Part shown: piece after piece, positions 57,961 through 64,000 of the stretch | How the letters are laid out: each line of letters opens with the position of its first letter | Numbering within the stretch: position 1 is the first letter of the stretch | Source of the DNA: a virus | Reading direction: 5' to 3' (one strand) | Length of the DNA stretch: 64,000 nt | Virus record (IMG/VR): IMGVR_UViG_3300032093_000068 | Span: 1 to 64,000 of that record | Notes under the pieces: model-generated | Told to the model about the DNA's origin: nothing | Database searches by the model: none | Seen by the model: the letters and a program-made list of their open reading frames with translations, nothing else | Translations under genes and position numbers: made by a program

Positions 57961-58773
57961 TTAATTTGTTATCAATTCACCATTGTGGTGATAAACTTTT
58001 ATTAACTCCCAATCTTTTTCGAAAATATCTGCAAAGTAGTTTGGTCCACTTGGGCCAAACCAAATAGATGGGGCTACAACTCTTTTGTTTGCGTTTTTAT
58101 TCAAAAAAGCACCCCACCAAGAGAATGTTGAATTTGAAATTATGTTATGATTACAAAGACTCATAATCCATATCTCAATATAATCCTCCTCATTTACTAC
58201 TGTTGAGTTAGGTAGAGTTAAATTACTATTAACCCAATCTTTATCATCTGTAAAAATGAATATATGGGAAATATTCCCAAAAACAGAAAGAGACTTTTCA
58301 ATATATGATTTTGAAACTGACGGGTGGACATCAGGAAAATTTTTGTAGTCTCCCCTTCTGACGTGTAAAGACAGTGTATTACCTAAATTAATTTGAGGGT
58401 ATTTTTCAATTAAATAACTTTTAGTAATATCATCAACTTCAAATAAATTTTTTATTTCATTACTGTAATTCAAAAAATTTTTAGAACTTTGGTAATATCC
58501 GTAAAACTCTATTGGTTTATCCCAAATAATGGTCTTTTCTTCATAAAACCAATTAGGTTCTATATATGTTTTGTATCCAGATAGTTCACTTTTAAAAACT
58601 AACTTTCTAAAAATATTTGATACATAATGAGATGTATTTTTACCTTGGAGGTGTGTTGAGGAAACGGGCTTGAAAAAACAATCTATGTTTTCTTTCAAAG
58701 ATTGGGAATATGCGTTTGCGATTTGGAACATTTGGTTCCCTAACCCACCCATTAAATGCGCTGTTGTATACAT
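57961..58773 (-). CDS. GT11 alpha-1,2-fucosyltransferase-like protein
   Basis: GGLGNQMFQ, GYYQS, HVRRGDY, IISNSTFSWWGA. Confidence 0.92.
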   Translation of the reverse strand: MYTTAHLMGGLGNQMFQIANAYSQSLKENIDCFFKPVSSTHLQGKNTSHYVSNIFRKLVFKSELSGYKTYIEPNWFYEEKTIIWDKPIEFYGYYQSSKNFLNYSNEIKNLFEVDDITKSYLIEKYPQINLGNTLSLHVRRGDYKNFPDVHPSVSKSYIEKSLSVFGNISHIFIFTDDKDWVNSNLTLPNSTVVNEEDYIEIWIMSLCNHNIISNSTFSWWGAFLNKNANKRVVAPSIWFGPSGPNYFADIFEKDWELIKVYHHNGELITN

Positions 58774-58779
58774 ATGTTA

Positions 58780-59403
58780 TTATTTTATTAACCAATTATA
58801 ATCCATTATTGAATTTTGTATATCAGAATAAGTAACAATTTGAGATGTCAAGTTTGGGACACTTGAGTATGCGTTATATTTTCTTTGTAAATTAGCCATC
58901 ATAACATCATTTTCAGTTTCAAAATTTAATAGATTAAATATCAACTCTTCGAAAACATGTGACTTGAGTAAAACACAATGCGCTGAATAACTATTGTTTA
59001 GTTTTATACATTTCTCATTCACGGTTTTAGTTTTTTCGCCGATATGGTAATTATGATTGGCTCCAAAATACATCATATCCCAATCTTTTGGAACATTGAT
59101 CACGTAATTATGTAATTTTTCATTAAAACTTTCAACAAAAACACAATCATCCTCAATTATAATAATATCTTCCTTATTCTCATTTTTCCAATCTATATAA
59201 ATGTTGATGTATGTATTAATCAATCCAAACATGCCATCAGTAAGTTTTGTTGTATTTTTTAATTTCTTCCCATTTATTGCCTCAATAAATGTATAATTGA
59301 TACAATTAATTTTTTTTAATTCATTAACTATGTGTTTTTTTCTATCTGTTCTTTCTTTGAGGTTAATAACGTAAACTGAATCTGAAAGTTCGTTGAGTGT
59401 CAT
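58780..59403 (-). CDS. GT25 glycosyltransferase
   Basis: YVINLKERTDR, AING, IIEDD, WDMMYFG. Confidence 0.85.
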   Translation of the reverse strand: MTLNELSDSVYVINLKERTDRKKHIVNELKKINCINYTFIEAINGKKLKNTTKLTDGMFGLINTYINIYIDWKNENKEDIIIIEDDCVFVESFNEKLHNYVINVPKDWDMMYFGANHNYHIGEKTKTVNEKCIKLNNSYSAHCVLLKSHVFEELIFNLLNFETENDVMMANLQRKYNAYSSVPNLTSQIVTYSDIQNSIMDYNWLIK

Positions 59404-59618
59404 GAATTAACATTTTTAAAATTTTTATCCATTATTTTTTTATACAATTCCGATTGATTTTGATTGGCGGTTGTGGAAACGGTTCCATCTTTTTCATGGT
59501 GAAAATATGTAAAAAGTGGTTTTGGTATTCTAAATCCTTTATATCCATTTTTACCCATCCTTATCCATAAATCATAATCCTCCCAACCGAAAAGTGAAGT
59601 TAAAAAAATATTTTCCAT
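59400..59618 (-). pseudogene. C-terminal fragment of a GT2 glycosyltransferase
   Basis: GWEDYDLWIRM..G..IPKPLFTY; nucleotide-binding half absent. Confidence 0.65.
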
Positions 59619-60398
59619 TTAAATTTTTTTATATTTTTTCTGATGAGACCGAATATAATTCCCATACTTTATCGCATTTGATAAATTTTTATTATGCTCA
59701 TTGCTAGGTAATGTATTATTGTAATGATATAAAATTTCATCTAAAAAATATGATTTTTCATTTCCACACATTTCACAGAATGGAAATAAGTAAGCCGCAT
59801 CACCACAATATGTAAAATAAGAATTCGGGACAAACGGGTCTAATAAATCATTTGAATTTAATTTGTGAAATAGAAAAGATAAAGATGTTCTGAAATGTGA
59901 AACTGACCAATATTGTCTAGATTGGTAAATTATATTGTCATTTGGTAATTTTTTAGACTCACCTGGTTGACCATCATTTTTTTTATGTTGAGCCCAAACC
60001 ATCCATAAGTCTTTTTCTTTATATATTTTTTCAATTTTAGATACCGCATCACTATCTATCAAATAATCATCACCATCTACAACTCCAATAATTGAGTCTA
60101 AATTATTCACATAATTTATTACACTATCATATATATTCCCTACAGGGTATAATTTATTTTTATTTTTTATAAAAATAACATCTTTGTTTTTGAATTTAAA
60201 ATTCAATATATCTGAGTCTATACTAAAATAGTTTTTAATTATTTCAGTTGTTTCATCATTTGAAACATCATCCCTAATTATGACACCCAAATCACTATAC
60301 GATTGATTAAAAATTGAATCCAAACATTCAATTATAAGATTTTTTACATTATATAACGGAATTACTATTATAAATTTATTTGATAGTTTTTTCATCAA
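59619..60398 (-). CDS. GT2 glycosyltransferase
   Basis: IVIPLYN..ECLDSIFNQ..DDVS.D..VDGDD. Confidence 0.88.
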   Translation of the reverse strand: MMKKLSNKFIIVIPLYNVKNLIIECLDSIFNQSYSDLGVIIRDDVSNDETTEIIKNYFSIDSDILNFKFKNKDVIFIKNKNKLYPVGNIYDSVINYVNNLDSIIGVVDGDDYLIDSDAVSKIEKIYKEKDLWMVWAQHKKNDGQPGESKKLPNDNIIYQSRQYWSVSHFRTSLSFLFHKLNSNDLLDPFVPNSYFTYCGDAAYLFPFCEMCGNEKSYFLDEILYHYNNTLPSNEHNKNLSNAIKYGNYIRSHQKKYKKI

Positions 60399-62029
60399 TT
60401 TAATATTTTTATATATTCATCATTTATTTTACTGACCACATTTGATACATAAAACTTATCAATGTCAAGTGGAGGTGAAAATAATTTTTTTCCTAATATT
60501 TGTCCTTTATCATTCACATTGTAGATCCAACTTGGCTTACCACACATCCAACTTTCAATAGTCGTTCTTCCCAAAAGTATTCCGGCGGTTTCACTACATT
60601 CATGTATATATTTACTCACTTCTAACGTTGGTCCGAAATGTTTTACATGTTTGTTTAAAAGTATTTCATTTAAATAGTTCGATTTATTTTCACCGACTAA
60701 CCACAGTTCCTTTTTTTCTTTTTCTGAAGTAATAATCAAATCTCTAATTGTTTTCTCTCTAAGATAATCAATAGACCCTACAAATAAAATATAATTTTTA
60801 GATTTTATATTTTTATTATAAAACTTTGTTTCATCCACTGGATTGTAAATCACGTCAATTAGATTTTCATCTATTCCAAATTTACTAACGATTTGTTCTT
60901 TTATTTCAGGTCTAATCGCGACGTATTTTTTAATACTTGGGTGGATAACTGGATTTTCTAAGTCTATAACTTCTGAGTGAATTGTACAAATTTTATCTAC
61001 ATTCGGATATAACATATTTAGCACATCAACAATTGGTTTGTGTTGACAGTGGATAATATCAAAATTAACTTCCGACATTTTATAGTATTGGTTTGGTTTT
61101 GATAATTCTTGACCTCTTTCAGTTTTTAACGCCCATTTACCATCGCCCATTTTAAATCCTGGTGCATCTTTAATATTTTTAACTTTAACACCGTTTTTCT
61201 CGGCTAATCCAACCAAAGGTCCGTTAGTTTCCGCGGCGACAACTGTAACATCACAATTTAGTTTAACCAAATTTTTTGATAATTCATAAACATACATTTC
61301 TGAACCTGTAAATTTTTGGAAAAATAAACAACCTATTAAAACTTTTAATTTATCATTTTCAGTTATTTTAACTTTTATCGGCAATATATTTTTATATTTT
61401 TCCGCAAAAATTTGTCTATTATATTCCCACTTTTCATTTGTTATTCCAATCGATTTATGTGTAATTCTAATATTGAACATAACACCGATTTTAACATCTT
61501 CTAAGTGATTCTGAAAGGTAAATTCTACATCATAAAAATGGAATCCCTCAACTGTTTCGTCAAATCTTTTTTTGATTTTGTTTTTGTTAAACGAAATAAA
61601 TAAACCATCAACAATTGCGGTTTGTTTTATATCATTTTCCTCGTTTTGTGAATATTTTGATACCCATTTTTTTCCTTCATGTTCGTGATTTACCACACCA
61701 TACATTTTGGATCTATCTTCCCACCATTGTCCAGATGATGGCATATAAGTTGATCCCGCCACACCAAGAATTCCGTATTCGTTATTTTTTTCAAAAGTTT
61801 TCAAAAGTTTCTTACCCCAATTTTTGGTATCAAAATATATATCATCATGACATAATACAACAATATCATTTGATGATTGGTCAATTATCTCGTTATAAAC
61901 TTTTGATAACGACTTTTCTCCATTATTTACCTTCTCAATAACCTCCACGTTTTTCAATCCGCAAGATTGTTTGAGATATTCTTGAAATTTTGGATTTTCT
62001 TCTCTTGTGCTATATCCTATTGTAATCAT
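60395..62029 (-). CDS. Bifunctional glycosyltransferase (GT-A plus GT4-like)
   Basis: N-terminal YN..VLCHDD..GVAG..VDGLF..FHFYD; C-terminal TGSEMYVYEL..GRTTIESWMCGKP. Confidence 0.8.
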   Translation of the reverse strand: MITIGYSTREENPKFQEYLKQSCGLKNVEVIEKVNNGEKSLSKVYNEIIDQSSNDIVVLCHDDIYFDTKNWGKKLLKTFEKNNEYGILGVAGSTYMPSSGQWWEDRSKMYGVVNHEHEGKKWVSKYSQNEENDIKQTAIVDGLFISFNKNKIKKRFDETVEGFHFYDVEFTFQNHLEDVKIGVMFNIRITHKSIGITNEKWEYNRQIFAEKYKNILPIKVKITENDKLKVLIGCLFFQKFTGSEMYVYELSKNLVKLNCDVTVVAAETNGPLVGLAEKNGVKVKNIKDAPGFKMGDGKWALKTERGQELSKPNQYYKMSEVNFDIIHCQHKPIVDVLNMLYPNVDKICTIHSEVIDLENPVIHPSIKKYVAIRPEIKEQIVSKFGIDENLIDVIYNPVDETKFYNKNIKSKNYILFVGSIDYLREKTIRDLIITSEKEKKELWLVGENKSNYLNEILLNKHVKHFGPTLEVSKYIHECSETAGILLGRTTIESWMCGKPSWIYNVNDKGQILGKKLFSPPLDIDKFYVSNVVSKINDEYIKILN

Positions 62030-62032
62030 CTT

Positions 62033-62656
62033 TTAAAAAAGTCCTGTTGATCCAAATCCGTTTAGATTTCTATCTTTTTCTTTAATATCTGAAACTTCCT
62101 CAAACTCTATCATTGTTCCATTTGCAACGTAAGAAAATACGCCTTGTGCAACTTTCATTCCTTTCTTAATTATAACAGTTTCGTTTGTCGTATTAAATAG
62201 TATAACTTGAACTTCATTTGTATATCCGTTATCAACTGTGCCAGGTGAATTTAAAACCATAAGACCTTGTTTTAACGCCAAACCGCTTTTGCTTCTAACT
62301 TGAAGTTCTATATTTGAAGGTAAGTCAAATCTTAAACCGGTCGGAATAAGAGCTCTTCCAAACGGACCGATTTCAATTTCTTTTGTTGAATAAAAATCAA
62401 ATCCTGAATCAGTTGCGTAGTTATATGATGGTAATACTGCATCCTCATGTGTTTTATTTATCTTCACACTTATTGAAAATTTATCAGGTAACATTTCTTT
62501 TTCCATCTGCTCTAAATCTAAATCAAATGCATCTTTAACATATTGGTTCAACTCAGATTGATCTGAAAAATCTTCATCATCCTCAATTCCGAATGTTTTT
62601 TGAAGTTCTTTTAACGTTTCCTCAATTTTTTTTAAATCTTCCGGTTCGGTAATCAT
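62033..62656 (-). CDS. dut: Trimeric dUTPase with acidic N-terminal extension
   Basis: SGFDF, RSKSGLA, NSPGTVDNGY, AQG, RNLNGFGSTG. Confidence 0.93.
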   Translation of the reverse strand: MITEPEDLKKIEETLKELQKTFGIEDDEDFSDQSELNQYVKDAFDLDLEQMEKEMLPDKFSISVKINKTHEDAVLPSYNYATDSGFDFYSTKEIEIGPFGRALIPTGLRFDLPSNIELQVRSKSGLALKQGLMVLNSPGTVDNGYTNEVQVILFNTTNETVIIKKGMKVAQGVFSYVANGTMIEFEEVSDIKEKDRNLNGFGSTGLF

Positions 62657-63354
62657 TTTAATTCTTTAAATTTTTTTATAACATCAATTAATACTTTGAC
62701 ATCTTTTTCGCAGTATTCTGATATTTCTTTAAGTTTATTTTCTTTCCAAAATGCATGATGAACTTTTTTTCCCGTTACCTCACCATCTTTTGGTGATTCA
62801 ACTCCCATGCTTGCGCACATTAGATCAAGTGATCCGATTGCGGTATAAGCGCCAAATTGCCATAATTCCTTTGTGTCAATTGCTTTTATTTCCCAAGGTT
62901 TTGTATCATAATTTGGTAGAATCGCCGGTGGCATGATTCCATTTATAACCATTCGTTTTGATAACATCGGAATATCAAAGTTCTTTAAGTTATGACCACA
63001 TAAATAAAAACCCAATTTTCCGCATCTATCCAATAATTTTTGCGTTTCCTTTAAAACAACAGATTCGTCATGAGATGAAAATGTTTGAGATTTTATTTCT
63101 CCTTTGTCCGTTACAAAAGATACGCTAACGCAAATAACTTTTGCAAATTCGGGCACAAGCGCCGATCTTAACGAAAAGACATAATCAAATGATTGTCCTT
63201 GATCCTCAGGAAACCTTTTTTGAAACCAATCAAAATAGTTTGAGAATTGTTCTGCCAATCTTGGATACATTTCCTGCAATTGACTGTAATCGTATGTTAT
63301 TCCAACTGTTTCAATATCAAGAAACAGTATTTTGGATAAGGGAATATTGATCAT
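62653..63354 (-). CDS. PolB-related 3'-5' exonuclease (DEDD)
   Basis: FLDIET, GHNLKNFDIP, IDT, YCEKDV. Confidence 0.85.
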   Translation of the reverse strand: MINIPLSKILFLDIETVGITYDYSQLQEMYPRLAEQFSNYFDWFQKRFPEDQGQSFDYVFSLRSALVPEFAKVICVSVSFVTDKGEIKSQTFSSHDESVVLKETQKLLDRCGKLGFYLCGHNLKNFDIPMLSKRMVINGIMPPAILPNYDTKPWEIKAIDTKELWQFGAYTAIGSLDLMCASMGVESPKDGEVTGKKVHHAFWKENKLKEISEYCEKDVKVLIDVIKKFKELK

Positions 63355-64000
63355 TATGTTTTTTATTAACAATTTCTTTATACCACTGAGCTCTCTGTTC
63401 GGTTACTTTTCTAAGGTCGTATTTGTCTTTAACGGTCTCATATAAACGATTTCCCATATCTTCAATCATCGCCGGATTATCAACAAGTTTTTTGATGTTT
63501 TTAACCCAATCACTATGATTTCTTGAATCTGAAACAAGAAGCGCATTTCCATCAACAAACTGACCATTTTTAATCGCGTGTTTCAAATCAATTGTGTAAG
63601 GCCCAACCTCAGATGCGATTAATGCCTTTTTATAAAATCCTGCTTCAATAACTTTTAATTGAGACTTAACTTGATTAAATAAGTGATTTTTGATCGGAGC
63701 GATTGATATATCAAACTTGGAATAATTTCTCGCATATTGTGTGACATGCTTTGTCCATACCCTTCTGTAATTTTCATTAATTTCATTTTCAAAAGGTTCT
63801 TCAACAAATTTTTCCAAAAATTCTTTATATTCGGGCGATATGATTTGATAATTATTTGTGAATATCTGTTCATATTTTACCCAAACCGTTTCATGTGGTT
63901 TGATTGGTCGCTGTTTTTGTTCTCCCGTTTGTTTATTAATTTCCGTGATTGTTCCTCTAATATCAAAACCACATAACACGTATTGCAACTTGTCTTGCAA
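63317..64000 (-). CDS. GT-B glycosyltransferase, 5'-truncated by the window edge
   Basis: DISIAPI...FNQVKSQLKVIEAG...ALIAS. Confidence 0.75.
   Translation of the reverse strand: MQDKLQYVLCGFDIRGTITEINKQTGEQKQRPIKPHETVWVKYEQIFTNNYQIISPEYKEFLEKFVEEPFENEINENYRRVWTKHVTQYARNYSKFDISIAPIKNHLFNQVKSQLKVIEAGFYKKALIASEVGPYTIDLKHAIKNGQFVDGNALLVSDSRNHSDWVKNIKKLVDNPAMIEDMGNRLYETVKDKYDLRKVTEQRAQWYKEIVNKKHNDQYSLIQNTVS

Noticed and set aside
1-64000. Stop-codon reassignment (code 15 or 4), seen in some large phages
   Set aside because: Core genes are full-length in code 11, TAG and TGA end genes at sensible boundaries, and no suppressor tRNA (CTA or TCA anticodon) was found.

Overview
A 64-kb AT-rich segment of a large T4-like (myovirus/jumbo-type) phage genome, probably infecting Bacteroidota, as judged from recurrent TAnnTTTG promoters, A-rich leaders without Shine-Dalgarno sites and a lipoprotein carrying D(S/T)x motifs. 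From left to right: (1) a tRNA array (about 15 tRNAs) interleaved with structured non-tRNA RNAs; (2) an RNA-repair island with a cyclic-phosphate receiver domain, a metallophosphoesterase, an AEP-like protein, an Rnl1 ligase, and a second RNA ligase split into two genes by a naturally split intein with a free-standing Vsr-like endonuclease between the halves; (3) a 1.4-kb non-coding RNA operon (about 870-nt GOLLD-like RNA, an atypical tRNA-CAT, a roughly 350-nt structured RNA) and a tmRNA on the opposite strand; (4) proteostasis genes (M20/M28 peptidase, ClpC without an N-domain, sigma54-type Hsp20); (5) the head module (terminase, portal, prohead protease, scaffold, major capsid protein), baseplate-like genes and a gp55-like sigma factor; (6) a glycosylation and sugar-modification island of about 19 kb with phoH, dUTPase and a 3'-5' exonuclease. 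All calls come from reading motifs and base-pairing by eye; no database searches or folding programs were run.
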